Positions 34,977 to 48,625 of a DNA stretch of 64,000 nucleotides are shown piece by piece. The DNA comes from Ascoidea asiatica JCM 7603 (lineage: Eukaryota; Fungi; Ascomycota). The stretch's first letter is position 1. The number at the start of each line of letters is the position of its first letter. The notes under the pieces were generated by a model. It was not told the DNA's origin and did not search any database. It saw nothing but the letters and a program-made list of their open reading frames with translations. The DNA lies in NCBI GenBank assembly GCA_001600695.1, contig BCKQ01000002.1, positions 641,184 through 705,183 of the forward strand. Reading direction: 5' to 3'. The position numbers were made by a program, and so were the translations under genes.

Positions 34977-36172
34977 ATTAATCTCTTTTAAATATTCTCC
35001 TGTTTTAAACTGCTCTATCACAATTGCACAATCTCTCGTCTTTGCTTCTCTATCCCCTATACTTCTCTCCAAAAGAACCTAATTGTATCTCACTTCTTTA
35101 TCATTTCATTTCATTTCTTTTCTTTTCTTTTCTTTTCTTTTCTTTTCTTTTCTTTTGTTTTGTTTCTTCCTTTGCAAATTTTCTGTTTTGATTTTACAAT
35201 TTCAGCAGATCCAAACAATTGGCGACGACGAGGCACGTGGTATAATTTGAAATTTTTTTTTTTTTTCTGTTTCTTTTGCTGTTTTTGCTGTTTTTGCTTC
35301 TCGAGAGTCAAAAGAAGCTGTGAGAATTAGAAATAACAACACAAACATCAAAGGAATTCTACAAAGAAATTACCAAAGAAATTCTACAAAGATAGTTTGA
35401 TACTATCAGAATCTTTTTTAAATTTATTCGAATTTTTATTATAAGCTAAAAATATGAAAATATCCTTTTTCATGAAACCCTTTGATTATTTTTTTTTTTT
35501 CAATTTTTTCATCACATTTTAACCTTTTTTTAAGAGCTTTTTTTTTTTATTTATTTTAAAAATTTTATTGAATTTTATTATATTTTTATTAAACATCATT
35601 TTTATATTTATTTTTCAATTTTTATCTTTTTTAATTTTAACATTTTTAACATTTTTAACATTTTTAACATTTTTTGTTAATTTACTTATGTAATTATAAC
35701 TTAATTCTAACTTGGAAATTTTTAAATTCTTCTTCTTATTATATTATTTTAAAACTTAATTCTCTTTTACTTTTCTTTAAACAAACAAATAAAAAATTAT
35801 TCTTTATTCTTTTATCCAACAATAATAGCCTTGATCAATAAATAAATAAATATAATAAAAAAATTGAATAAAAAACAAAACTAAATTGAAGGAAATAAAA
35901 AGAATATCAAAATAACAAAAAATAAAAGAAAAGGCAATATAAAAACAAATAAACAATAAAAAAAAACTAGAGAAGAGAATTATAGAAATAGAAATAGAAA
36001 TAGAAAGCAAAAGAGATTTGAAAAAAAAAAAAATTAAAGAAAATTTTTAAAATACAAAACCCCAAAAAAAAAACAAATTGGAAGAAAATAAAAAATTAAA
36101 TAAACAATTTAGTAAAATTTTAAAGTATTTTAAATAATAATTTTTTTTTTATTGGAATTTTTAATAGGAATT

Positions 36173-38317
36173 TTAATTTGAATTAGCATTAGCATTTGCA
36201 TTTGCATTTGCATTAGCATTTGTTTTTTTAAATTCTTCATAAGCTTCTAAAGCTTCTTCAAAATGAGATTGAAAAATTTCATCATTTTCAAGAATTGCAA
36301 CAATTTCTTGATTATCAAGATCTAAAATCATTCCAGTTATTTTACCTGCAGCTTCTTCATCATTTGAAACTTTACCAGTTGCAATAACTTTACCATATAA
36401 TTCTTCACCTAATAATCTTTTTTGTTGATCTAAAGGATATGAATTTAAAATAATTTGATGATTTGATTGAGCTTGTGGTAAAGGATTTAAATCTTGATTA
36501 TTATTTTTTTGTAAATAATAATTTTGATTATTTGGATTAATATTATTATTAAAAGCATTTGGATTTTGATTAGGATTTTGATTTGGATTTTGATTTTGAT
36601 TTGGAATTTGATTTGGATTATTATTATTATTTTGATTATTTTGATTATTATTATTATTATTATTAATATTTGGTGGCATACCATAAATTGGACCTCTTGG
36701 CCATTGACCTTGAGGACCAGGTTGTTGTGGATTAACAGGATTCATACCTTGTGGTATAACAACACCTGCACCCATAAATGGAGCTCTACCATTCATAAAA
36801 CCAGGTTGTTGATTTGAATTATTAAAAAACATTGGAGGAACAAATTGATTATTCATATTACCATTAACAGCTTGTTGTTGCATTCTTAATTGATTTCTTG
36901 CTTGAATTTGTTGTGATAAATGAGCTCTTCTTACATCTTTTCTTTGAGCTAAAGCAACATATAAAGGTTTTTTCCAAATCATTGATTGATTTAAATCACT
37001 TACAGCATTTGAAGCTTCTTCAGGAGATGAAAAACAAACAAAACCAAAACCTTTTGAATTACCTTTATCATCACGCATAATTTTTGCAGAAGTTATAGTA
37101 CCATGAGAAGAAAAAGCAGATCTTAATTCATCATCAGTAACAGATTCTTCAATATTTTTAACAAATAAATTAACACCTTGATATTTAATAATTTTTTCTA
37201 ATCTTGCAGCTTCATGTTGTTTTTTTAATTCTTCTGTTCTTTCTCTTTTTTTTTGAGCTCTACCAACATATAATTTTTTACCTCTAAATTCAATATCATT
37301 TAAAGATTCAACAGCTTTTAAAGCATCTTGATGATTTTCATAATTAATAAAACCAAAACCTTTTGATTTATTATCTTGATTTCTTTCTAAAACAACAGAT
37401 GTAACTTTACCAAATGGAGTAAATAAATTTTTAAATTCATCTTCTTGAGTATCAATATCAATATTTTTAATATAAACATTTGTAAAATTTGATTTCATTT
37501 CTTCAAATTTACTTTCTCTATCTTTTTTTGAAATATGTCTACCAACAAAAACTTCATTATCATTTAATAACATACCATTAACAGATTCTATAGAACTTGT
37601 TGCAGCTTCTTCAGTTTCAAAATGAACAAAACCAAAACCTTTTGAATTACCAAATTCATCAGTTGCAACTTTACAAGATAAAATTCTACCAAAAGCAGAA
37701 AAAGTATCATGTAAAGCTTTATTATCAATAGCAGGATGTAAATTTTTAATAAAAATATTTGCAGCAGCATTTCTTCTTGCAGAAGGATCTCTTTGAGACC
37801 ACATAATTCTACAAGCTCTACCTTTAATTGGATTATAATTTAATTGTTCCATTGCAGTTTCAGCATCTTTTGTATATTGAAAATTAACATAAGCATAACC
37901 TAAAGATTTTTTAGTTAGAGCATCTCTACAAACTCTAATTGAAGTAACTTGACCTAAAGCAGAAAAAACTTCAAATAAAGTAGCTTCATTAACAGAAGGA
38001 TCTAATTCACCAACATATAAAGAAGCAGAAGCTTCTGGATTTTCAGAAGAATTTTGAGCAGAAGAAGAAACTGGAGAACTTGAAGATTCTACAATTGGAG
38101 AATTAGATTGTGATTCATTATCAGTGATGGCGGTGGTTGCAGTAGTAGTAGTAGCGGTAGTATTTGCTGGAGGAGTAGTTGTATTGGTGATGTTAGTGGT
38201 AGTAGTAGTTGAAGATGGATTAGCAACATTAGTTGATTGATCAATTTCTTCTTTATTATTTGAAATTGAAAGATTTTCAACAGCTTTATCAAGTTGATTA
38301 ATAACGTTATCAGACAT
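36173..38317 (-). CDS. PAB1: Cytoplasmic poly(A)-binding protein
   Basis: Four RRMs ([41 protein letters not shown]) and MLLE domain ([10 protein letters not shown]...KITGMILDL). Confidence 0.98.
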   Translation of the reverse strand: MSDNVINQLDKAVENLSISNNKEEIDQSTNVANPSSTTTTTNITNTTTPPANTTATTTTATTAITDNESQSNSPIVESSSSPVSSSAQNSSENPEASASLYVGELDPSVNEATLFEVFSALGQVTSIRVCRDALTKKSLGYAYVNFQYTKDAETAMEQLNYNPIKGRACRIMWSQRDPSARRNAAANIFIKNLHPAIDNKALHDTFSAFGRILSCKVATDEFGNSKGFGFVHFETEEAATSSIESVNGMLLNDNEVFVGRHISKKDRESKFEEMKSNFTNVYIKNIDIDTQEDEFKNLFTPFGKVTSVVLERNQDNKSKGFGFINYENHQDALKAVESLNDIEFRGKKLYVGRAQKKRERTEELKKQHEAARLEKIIKYQGVNLFVKNIEESVTDDELRSAFSSHGTITSAKIMRDDKGNSKGFGFVCFSSPEEASNAVSDLNQSMIWKKPLYVALAQRKDVRRAHLSQQIQARNQLRMQQQAVNGNMNNQFVPPMFFNNSNQQPGFMNGRAPFMGAGVVIPQGMNPVNPQQPGPQGQWPRGPIYGMPPNINNNNNNNQNNQNNNNNPNQIPNQNQNPNQNPNQNPNAFNNNINPNNQNYYLQKNNNQDLNPLPQAQSNHQIILNSYPLDQQKRLLGEELYGKVIATGKVSNDEEAAGKITGMILDLDNQEIVAILENDEIFQSHFEEALEAYEEFKKTNANANANANANANSN

Positions 38318-38689
38318 TTTAAAGGAATTGAGTGATATTTATGATTGAATAATGAAATAATTGATATTTTATAATCTTTTTTGTTTTGTGAATATGAATA
38401 TGAATATGAATATGAATATGAATATATTATATTATATTATATAATTATTTGATTAATAAAATGATAATTATTTTGTTGAATGAGAATAAAGAAGACAAGA
38501 TAATATTAATAATATATTGTTAATAATAATAATAGTAATAGTGAAATACAGCTCCTATTTTGGACTTGATAATTGAAAAGTGTGAAGAGAAAGAGAAAAG
38601 AATAAGCCAACAGAAGTGGTAGTATTATTGTATTCTTTTAGCACTGGTTTTGGAGTGTGTGTGTTTTTTTTCTGTTTTTTTCTTTTGTG

Positions 38690-38910
38690 ACAGTGAAAAT
38701 TTTTAATTGCGAAATGTGGCAACGGAGAAAAAATTTGTGAAAAAAAAAGCGAGCGAGCAAAGGCGCAGGTGGCGGTGCACGGGAAACAATAAAAGGCACG
38801 TGGGCTGTGCGAGACCGGTTTGTTGGGTCTTTTTTTTTTAAAAAAAAAAAATCGCATGTCACATAGATATGCTTCTTAGTGCATTGCGTCCATGTAAGTG
38901 GTACCCGGAT
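38690..38910. promoter_or_regulatory. PAB1/RTA1 divergent promoter island
   Basis: GC-rich island with RRPE-like TGAAAATTTT (~38695), CACGTG (38797) and Reb1-like TACCCGG (38902). Confidence 0.55.
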
Positions 38911-39477
38911 ATTTTGTATCCGTGGCATGGAAACAATAATCCGTGTGGTTTCAACCGCGGTTAGCCGTTGCGGTGGCGTGACGTGTTGCCAGGCGTGCCC
39001 AAAAACCTTAACCCTGCTATTTTGTTATCCAAATTTTTCAATTCAACTTTAATTCATCAGAATTCATCAGAATTTGAAGAATTTGAAGAGTTTGAAACTG
39101 AGAATCTGAGAATGAATTATATTGTGAATTGTAACAAGAGACTAGAAAATTGAAATAAAAGTACAGAATCATCAATAGAATAAAGTAAATGACTTTCAAA
39201 TCATTCAATTACTATAATTTATACAAAATTTAGTTATTAACTTTATACCTTATCATTATGATAATCATTTTATAAATTTCATTAATTTTATTTAAACGAC
39301 ACTTGTGAAACGCAATACAGTAAATGATATTATATTATATTATATTATATTATATTATATTATATTAAATATCGACATACTCTACTTATTACTTATTACT
39401 TATCACTTATAAAGAAAAATTAATTTTTATATAATACTTATTCATTTTTTTACTTATATATTACTTTTATAAATTAA

Positions 39478-40426
39478 ATGATTTCAATAATAGATAATAA
39501 TAAAAATAATATAATTTCAGAAATTTTAATTAAATATGATACTTTATCAAATTCAAGTTTATATGGTTATAAACCATCTTTAATTGGTAATATAATTTTT
39601 ACAATAATTATGTTTATTTTATTAATTATAAATATAATAATATTAATAAAATATAAACAATATTTTTCAAGTTTATTAATTTTAATTTCTTTAATTTTAC
39701 AATTCATTGGATATTTAATTAGATCAATATCAATAATAAATTTAGAAAATAAAAAATTTTATATTATACAAATAATTTGTTTAACAATTTCACCAATTTT
39801 TCAATTATCTTATATAATTAATTTAATTTCAAAATTAATAATTATTTTTGGTGATTATTATTCAATTTTAAATCCAATTTCTATAAATTATATATTTTTA
39901 TTAATAAATTTAATTTCATTAATTATTCAATTTTTAGGTGGTTTATTAACAGGAAATTTAATTCATTTAAATAAATCTTTAAATTTTGGATCAAATTTAT
40001 CATTAATTGGAATTTTAATTCAAATTATTTCAATTATTATTTTTTTATATTATTATATTTCATTTATATATTCAATTTATTTTAAAACAAATAAATTTAT
40101 TAAAAAATCATCATCAATTTCAAATTTAAATTTATTAAAAATTTCATTAAATTTAAAAAATAAAGAAAATTTATTTAATCAATTTTTAAATTATAAAAAA
40201 ATTAGATTAAATTATTTAAAAAATTTAAATTATTATTTTATTATTTTATTAATATGTTTAATTTTAATTATTATTCGTTGTATTTATAAAGTTTTTGAAT
40301 TTGGTGGAGGTTTAAAAGGTTATTTAGCAACTCATGAAATTTCATTATTTATGTTAGATTCTTTACCAATTACATTATCATTAATTTTAATATTATTAAA
40401 ATTTGATTTTAAAACTTTATTTCAAT

Positions 40427-40466
<40 letters not shown>

Positions 40467-40740
40467 ATTTAAAATTTCATTTAAAAGATCTAAATTTTCA
40501 AAAACTTTTACAACTAATTATATTAGTTTTGAACAATTTTATGAATCTGTTAATTGTCAAAATGATAATAATAATATAAATTTGGAAAGTAATTTTAGTA
40601 ATAATAATAATAGTTTAATTAATACAGAAACTTTAGATTTATCAACAATAGTTTCATCATATGGTAAAAGTGATACAACAAGATTATCAATTTTAGGTAA
40701 TAATAATAATAATAATAGAAACTCTAGAGAAATTCTTTAA
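39478..40740 (+). CDS. RTA1/Rsb1-family 7-TM lipid-translocating exporter
   Basis: LYGYKPSL, IGYLIR, QIICLTISP, SLIIQFLGG and IRCIYKVFEFGGGLKGYLATHE motifs. Confidence 0.9.
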
Positions 40741-40990
40741 TTTATCATTCAATTAATCATTCATATATCAAAGTCTTCATTTCTTTTTTTTACTTATAAT
40801 AATAATAATATATATATATAGTATAGTATATACAGTATGTATATTATTGGGATGCATTTTAATTCAATTCTTTTCAAATTTAGATATTATATTATTCAAT
40901 TTGAAACTTCAACTAAGTTATTCACTTATTCACTTATTCATTTATTCATTTATTCACTTTTAATATCATTTATCAACTTCATTTCTTTCC

Positions 40991-41170
40991 ATTTACTTAT
41001 ATATTTACTTATATATTTACTTATATATTTACTTATATATTTACTTATATATTTACTTATATATTTACTTATATATTTACTTATATATTTACTTATATAT
41101 TTACTTATATATTTACTTATATATTTACTTATATATTTACTTATATATTTACTTATATATTTACTTATAT
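40991..41170. repeat. Perfect 12-bp minisatellite (ATTTACTTATAT) x15
   Basis: Fifteen identical tandem units counted directly. Confidence 0.97.
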
Positions 41171-41244
41171 ATTTTTATATATATTTTTATTAATAAATAT
41201 CTGAGAATCCTATAATTATACGTTTATTGTCCTAGACTCTGTCC

Positions 41245-41295
41245 TAACCCTAAATAAATATTCCAGGGCTCTAACAAATAACCAGGGCTCTAACA
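41245..41295. promoter_or_regulatory. Tbf1-type sites upstream of BUD31
   Basis: TAACCCTAA at 41245; 14-bp direct repeat CCAGGGCTCTAACA at 41263 and 41282. Confidence 0.5.
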
Positions 41296-41441
41296 TTTTG
41301 TGTTTTTGTAACTGAAATTTCATCGAGAGTCAATTGAAAGTAAATTGAAGAGAAGAGAAGAAAAGAGAAGAGAAGAGAAGAGAAGAGAAGAAGAGAAGAA
41401 GATAGTAATAATAATAATAGTAATAATAATAATAGTGTGAA

Positions 41442-41897
41442 ATGGGAAACATAAAACAATGTAAAAGAGATAATCCACCAGATGGATTTGAAGATATCGA
41501 AGATCAATTACAAATATTTGAAGATGAATTAAGAGAAATATGTTTAAACAAATACAAATATAATAATAAAAATGAAGGATTTTGGAAAATATTTCAAATT
41601 AATCATAAAAGATCTAAATATATTTATGAATTATATAAACAAAATTCAATTTCCAATAAATTATATGAATTTTTAATTGAAGAAAAACAAAGTGATAAAG
41701 ATTTGATAGCAAAATGGAAAAAAAAAGGATATGAGAATTTATGTTGTTTGAGATGTATAATGACAATTGATAATAATAATAAAACCACATGTATTTGTAG
41801 AGTTCCCAAGGCTGTTTTAATCACTGATACTAATGATAGAACAAATAACAATTCCTGTGTGTCTTGTGGGTGTATTGGATGTGCCAGTACTGATTGA
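41442..41897 (+). CDS. BUD31: Spliceosome component Bud31/G10
   Basis: PPDGF..IE; WKIFQINH.RSKYIY; LIAKWKKKGYENLCCLRC; CICRVPK; CVSCGCIGCAS.D. Confidence 0.97.
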   Translation: MGNIKQCKRDNPPDGFEDIEDQLQIFEDELREICLNKYKYNNKNEGFWKIFQINHKRSKYIYELYKQNSISNKLYEFLIEEKQSDKDLIAKWKKKGYENLCCLRCIMTIDNNNKTTCICRVPKAVLITDTNDRTNNNSCVSCGCIGCASTD

Positions 41898-42049
41898 AAG
41901 TGCGCTCACGTGAATCTCAATAAATAAAATATATCTAATAAATATATTACTTTAAATTTAATCAATGAAAAAACCTCTTTATTTCTGTTTATTTTAATAT
42001 TAAATATCATCTCATCTCAAAGGATAATTCAATGAAATAAATCTTCAAA

Positions 42050-42425
42050 ATGAGTTTATTCAATCTGAATATATTTAAAGACAATTCAAATCCATCTTCA
42101 TTTTCAATTCCAATAATATTATCAAATTCAAACTCTTCTTCAAATTATTCAATTTGCAATTCATGTAATTTAAATCAAATTTTTTATCCAATTATTAATA
42201 CAAATGAAAATTCTTTTAATCCATGTTTTATTTCAATTTTATTATATTTAATATCTCTTTTTTTCATCTTTTTTTCTTCTTTTCAATTATTTAATTTATA
42301 TAATTTTAAAAAATATTATAAATTTAATAATTCAAATTACTCAAATTATTTAAATTATTTAAAATTTTCTCTATTATCTTTTCAATTAATTTTATACTCT
42401 TTTATTATTGATAATTTATTTGAAT

Positions 42426-42461
<36 letters not shown>

Positions 42462-45400
42462 TATTTAAGATAAATTTTATAATTTTATTTATTTCAAATT
42501 TATTAATTTTTTTACCTTTACATAATTTAGAAATTCATACTTCTTTAATTCCATCTTCTTCTTTATTACTTTATTGGTTATCAATTTCAATAATTTTCTT
42601 CATTTTTTCTTTTCAATATTTCTTAACAAATTATCCATTAATAATTTTAAAAAAAAAATTTTATAATATTCAATTAAATATAATTTTACCTTTAAATTCA
42701 ATTTTAATTTTTTTTATTGAATTATTTTTTTATAATCCTTCAATTAATTTAATTTTAAATAATAAATTTAAAAATAATTTAAATAATTTAAATAAAAAAA
42801 AAAATCAAATTGATTATAATTCAATAAATATCTTTCAATTAATTACTTTTACATGGATGAATAATTTATTATTAAAAGGTTATAATCAAAATTCTTTAAA
42901 TCATAATGATTTATTTGAATCTCCAAAATTTATAACTACAAATTATTCAAAATTAAATTTTAAAAAAAATTGGTTAATTGAAAAAAATTTAAAAAAAAAA
43001 AATTCATCTCTTTCAAAAGTTTTAATTAAAACTTTTGGTTTTAAAGCTTTTTTATTATATTTAATATCAATTTTTAATTTAATTCTTAGTTTTATTCAAC
43101 CTCAATTATTAAAATTATTAATTATTTTTTTCCTTAAAAATCAAAATAATTTAAAAGAAAAACAAATTTTATTAGGTATTTTAATTTCATTTTCAATGTT
43201 CTTAATTTCAATTATTTTTAATATTTTTTTTAATCAATTTTATTTTTTATCTATATGTTTATCATTTTCTTTAAAAACTTCAATTTCTTCAATGATTTTT
43301 GAAAAATCTTTAAAAATTTCTACAAATAATGATAAAATTAAAAAATCTGGTGAAATTATAAATATGGTTTCTTCTGATATTATTAAAATTCAAATGTTTT
43401 TATTACAATTTTCAACAATTATTACTGCTCCTCTTGGTTTTATATTATGTTTAATTTCTTTATTTTATTTAGTTGGTTATTCAATTTTTCCAAGTTTTAT
43501 TTTATTATTAATTATTGGTCCTTTAAATACTTTAATAATTACAAAAACAAGAAATAATTTTCATAAACTTATGAAATCAAAAGATTTAAGAACAAAAAAA
43601 ACAATAGAAATTTTATCAACTATAAAAAGTATAAAATTATATTCTTGGGAAATTCCAATGTTATATTCTTTAAAAAAAATTCGTTATAATAAAGAATTAA
43701 AAATTAGAAAAATTATTGCAATTTTAACTGCATTTTTAGAATTTTCTTGGAATTGTTTTCCAGAATTTGTTTCTTGTATAACTTTTGGTTTTTTCACTTA
43801 TTTTAAAAATGGTAAACCTTTATCTTCTGATATTATTTTTCCATCTTTAGCTTTATTTCAAATCTTAGGTGATAATTTATTTGAATTACCAAATTTTATT
43901 TCAAGAATGTCAACTGTTTCAATTTCTATTAATAGAATTCAAGATTTTTTACTTTCTGATGAAATTGATACTATTGGTATTGAATATTTATCAAAATCAA
44001 TAAATCCTGGTGATATTTCTCTTGAAATTATTAATGCAACTTTTATTAGAGATTCTTTTGAATTTGTACATAATAAAAAAAAAAAAATTATTAATTTAAA
44101 TCTTGAATCTCAATTTGAACCTTTATTATTAAAAGAACCTGAATTAATTGAAAAAAAAATTGCTTTATCTAATATAAATTTACAAGCTAAAAAAGGTGAA
44201 TTAACTTGTATTGTTGGTAGAGTTGGTTCTGGAAAATCAACTTTATTAAAATCAATTTTAGGTGAACTTCCTATTGATATTGATGATGATATTGATGATG
44301 ATAATTATAATGATATTAATAAAATTAAATTAAGAATTAAAGGTTCAATTGCTTATTGTTCTCAAATTCCATGGATTATGAATGCAACAATAAAAGAAAA
44401 TATTCTTTTTGGTCATAAATTTGATAATGATTTTTATGAAAAAACTCTTGATGCTTGTGATTTAACTAATGATATTAATTCTCTTGCAGATGGTGATGAA
44501 ACTCAAGTTGGTGAAAAAGGTATTTCATTATCAGGAGGTCAAAAAGCAAGAGTATCTTTAGCAAGAGCTGTTTATTCTAGAGCAGATATTTATTTATTAG
44601 ATGATGTTTTATCTGCTGTAGATGCTCATGTTGGAAAAACTTTAATTAATAAAGTTTTATCATCTCATGGTTTACTTCATTCTAAAACAATTATTCTTTC
44701 TACTAATAATATTAAAGTTCTTCAACATGCTCAAAATATTTATGCTTTAAAAGATGGAAAAATAATTGAAAATGGTAAATATAAAGATTTAACAAAAGGA
44801 GAAGGTGAATTTGCAAAATTAATTAGAGAATTTGGAAATCAAAATGATGAATATAAAGTTGGAATTGAAACTGAAATTGAAAATAATTTAGATAAAAGTT
44901 CTCAAGAAGTATCTTCAAGAAAATCTGATTTAATTAATGAAATTGTTCTTAATAATAATGAAGTTATTACTGATGATTTTGATGATATGGAATCTATCAA
45001 AACAACTAATACCAGAATTACACTTAGAAGAGCAAGTATGGCAACAATTAAAGTTAAACATAATGTTTCTGGTGATATTGATGGTGCTTATGCTAAAAAA
45101 AAGTCTGGACAAGTTGAAGAAATTTCTGAAAAGGGTCAAGTTAAATGGTCAGTTTATTTGACATATATTAAAGCTGCTTCATATTTGGGTAGTAGTTTAG
45201 CAGTATTTGGAGCAATAGCTATGTGTTTAATTGATTTTGGAGGAAAATTATGGTTAAAATTTTGGGCAGAACAAGGAGATACTGGAAACAATTCTTCAAG
45301 TAATATATTTCTTGTTAGTATTTACACTTCAATTGGTTTATTCAAATCTTTGAATATACTTTTAACTCATGGTATTGTTTATTATTATTCTGCAATAAGA

Positions 45401-47008
45401 GCTTCAAAAATATTACATGATGATATGGCTTCATCAGTTATGAATTCTCCAATGTCATTTTTTGAAACTAATCCTATGGGACGTATTTTAAACAGATTTA
45501 CAGAAGATATGAATGCAATTGATGAAGAAATTCCACGTTGTTTTCAAGATGTATTAATTTGTGTTTCTGAAGTAATATTTACATTTGGTCTTATAATGTA
45601 TACATTACCTTTAACATTAATTGTTATGGTTTTCCTTGTAGTTTTTTATTATTATATTCAAAATTTTTATATTTCTTCTTCAAGAGAATTAAAAAGATTA
45701 GCTAGTACTTCAAGAAGTCCAATTTATTCACATTTACAAGAATCTCTTAATGGATTGGATACAATTAGAGCATATAATCAAGTTGAAAGATTTAATGTGA
45801 TTTATAATTCAAATCTTGATTTTAATATCAGAGCAATGTTTTGTAGAAGTTCACTTTCTAGATGGTTAGATTTTCGTTTAAGAACAATTGGATCTTTTAT
45901 TATATTTTTAACAGGTATAGTTTCAATAATGACATTAACAACATCATCACCATTATCTGCAGGTTTAGAAGGTATATTAATGACATATGCTTTAAGTATA
46001 ACAGGAGCTTTAAATCATTTAATTCAAATTATGGTAAATTTAGAAACAAGTTGTATTTCAGTTGAAAGAGTTATTGAATATTGTAAATTACAAAGTGAAG
46101 CTCCATATATAATTGAAAATAATAGACCAAAAAAAGATTGGCCATCAAAAGGAGAAATAAAATTTGAAAAATATTCTACAAAATATAGAGAAGATTTAGA
46201 TCCAGTTTTAAATGAAATTAGTGTTGATATAAAACCATTAGAAAAAATTGGAATTGTTGGTAGAACAGGTGCTGGAAAATCTACTTTAACTTTAGCATTA
46301 TTTAGAATTATTGAAGCAACAAAAGGAAAAATTATTATTGATGATATAGATATTGGTAATATTGGACTTTATGATTTAAGAAGTAAATTAAATATTATAC
46401 CACAAGATAGTCAAGCATTTGAAGGTACAATTCGAGAAAATTTAGATCCATTAAAACAATATACAGATGATGAATTATGGAAAGCATTGGAATTAGCACA
46501 TTTAAAAGATCATGTTAAAAAAATGGGTGTTAAAACTATAGAAAATTCAGAAACTAATGAATTAATAAATAATTTAAATAATAATAAGAATCATGATGAT
46601 GATGATGATGATAATGATGATAATGAAGAAATTATATATGGAACTGGATTAATGGCAAAAGTTACAGATAATGGTAAAAATTTATCAGTTGGACAAAAAC
46701 AATTATTATGTTTAGCAAGAGCATTATTATCACCATCAAGAATTTTAGTTTTAGATGAAGCAACAGCAGCAGTTGATGTTCAAACAGATAAAATTGTTCA
46801 AGAAACAATAAGAAGTCAATTTAATAATAAAACAATTTTAACAATTGCACATAGATTAAATACAGTTATTGATAATGATAGAATTATGGTTTTAGATCAT
46901 GGAATTATAAAAGAATTTGATACACCTGAGAAATTATTATCAGATGAAAATAGTTTATTTTATAGTTTATATAAAGAAAGTAATGATGGAAAATCTGATA
47001 GTGGTTAA
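42050..47008 (+). CDS. ABCC/MRP full-length transporter, Ycf1-like (TMD0-TMD1-NBD1-R-TMD2-NBD2)
   Basis: Walker A GRVGSGKS and GRTGAGKS; signatures LSGGQ and LSVGQ; R-domain PKA site LRRAS as in Ycf1; N-terminal NPCF TMD0 motif. Confidence 0.93.
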
Positions 47009-47173
47009 ATATATATATATATATATATAAATAAATAATTCTTCTATGTTTATTTTTTTTTTTTATATACTATTATACTATTATATTATTATATTATTAT
47101 ATTATTATATTATTATATACAAGTGTTAATTATAAAGTCTATAAATAATCAAGATAACTTTAATTTAATTTAT

Positions 47174-48625
47174 TTATTTTTTTGATTTAGATTTTGATTT
47201 AGAATTTGATTTAGAATTTGAATTTGAATTTGAATTTTGTTGATTATGAATAAATTTAGAATTAAATTCATCTTTAAACATAATTGTACCTCTTTCTTTA
47301 CTTTTTTCTTTTTTTTCTTTTAAATTATCTAATTCAATTTTGGCTTCAATTTTTGCTTTATTTTCTTTAACTTTATTATCAACAAATTTTTTTAAACTAA
47401 AAGATTCATTTGAATTTGAAATTGAATTTGAAATTGAATTTGAATTAATTTGATTATTTTGAATTGGGATTGAAATTTCATTTAAACCAAAAAGATTTCT
47501 AAAAAAATTAGATTTTAAAATTAAATTTTGAAAAATTGATAAAATTGAATTTATTGCAAAATAAAATACAATACTATTTGATAAATACATTGTGAAAGGT
47601 ATAGAAATAATTGGTAAAAAAGTCATAATTTTTTTCATTGTTGGATTTAATTGTTGTCCACCAGTTTCACCACCTAATTTCATAAAAGTTATAAATGAAG
47701 TTGCAGTAATGATTTGTAAACGTATATATGGATCAGATTCTATTAAATTTTGAAACCAGAAAATACCTTGATTTTCAAAACCAGGTATATTTAAATTACT
47801 TAAATTTCTTAAAGCTGAGAACATACCAATTGCTAATGGCATTTGTAACATTGGAGCAAATAAATATCTCATTTTTATATTATTTTTTTTTAAAATTAAT
47901 TTTCTTTTATATGATAAAATTTGTAATTCAGATGGATCATAATCTTTTGGATTTTTTGTAAAATTATTTAATTTATTTGTTAAATTATCTAATTGTGGTT
48001 TAATTTTATTCATTTTCATTTGAGTATTATTTGCTTTAATATATAAAGGAAATAAAATAATTCTAAATAAAATTGTTAAAATTAAAATTGTTGACCACCA
48101 TGGTAAATTTGTATAAACATAAATATATTCAAGTAAATGTTCTACAAAACCTGGTGGCCATAACCAAGATTGAGCTAAACCATAAGATTGAAGATCACCA
48201 ATATTTGAGATAGAATCAGAAGAATTTTGTAATAATGAAGTTGTTGTTGTTGTTGTTGCTGTTGTTGATTGTTCATCAAATGAAGTTAAAGTTGATTGAA
48301 TTTCATTATTTGTTGTTGTTGATATTGAAGAAGTTGAATTGAAACGAATTGAAGAGAAACTATTTATGATAAAGGGGGATAAATTATTAAAATTTTTATT
48401 ATTTATACCAAGATTATTAAAAATAGATGATTTTGAAAAAGTATTGTTGTTGTTGTTGTTGTTGTTGTTATTGGTGTTATTATTAATTGTATTTTTAGAA
48501 TATGAATTGAAGTTTCTTGAAGATGAATAATTTGAAATATTTAATGATATTATAAATTGATTTCTTCTTGGAAATGAGAAGTTATGAGAGAACTTTATAG
48601 CTCTGGAAAGCGAAGGCTTTATCAT
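47174..48625 (-). CDS. OXA1: Mitochondrial inner-membrane insertase Oxa1
   Basis: Presequence; GLAQSWLWPPGFVEHLLEYIYVYTNLPWW; R..LFPL; QMPLAIGMF.ALR; WFQNL...DPY; GGETG. Confidence 0.95.
   Translation of the reverse strand: MIKPSLSRAIKFSHNFSFPRRNQFIISLNISNYSSSRNFNSYSKNTINNNTNNNNNNNNNNTFSKSSIFNNLGINNKNFNNLSPFIINSFSSIRFNSTSSISTTTNNEIQSTLTSFDEQSTTATTTTTTSLLQNSSDSISNIGDLQSYGLAQSWLWPPGFVEHLLEYIYVYTNLPWWSTILILTILFRIILFPLYIKANNTQMKMNKIKPQLDNLTNKLNNFTKNPKDYDPSELQILSYKRKLILKKNNIKMRYLFAPMLQMPLAIGMFSALRNLSNLNIPGFENQGIFWFQNLIESDPYIRLQIITATSFITFMKLGGETGGQQLNPTMKKIMTFLPIISIPFTMYLSNSIVFYFAINSILSIFQNLILKSNFFRNLFGLNEISIPIQNNQINSNSISNSISNSNESFSLKKFVDNKVKENKAKIEAKIELDNLKEKKEKSKERGTIMFKDEFNSKFIHNQQNSNSNSNSKSNSKSKSKSKK

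Noticed and set aside
34977-35072. N-terminal extensions in the ORF track for PRP19 (also PHO23, CNS1, FRE)
   Set aside because: They begin at TTG/GTG; homology starts at or after the first ATG.
38776-38790. TGCACGGGAAA resembling the 5' end of U4 snRNA (also ATGCACGGG on the minus strand near 10170)
   Set aside because: Match is only 9-11 nt; no further U4 sequence, stem-loop or Sm site.
40837-41193. 118-aa ORF with LLIY repeats
   Set aside because: Product of the stop-free 12-bp minisatellite.
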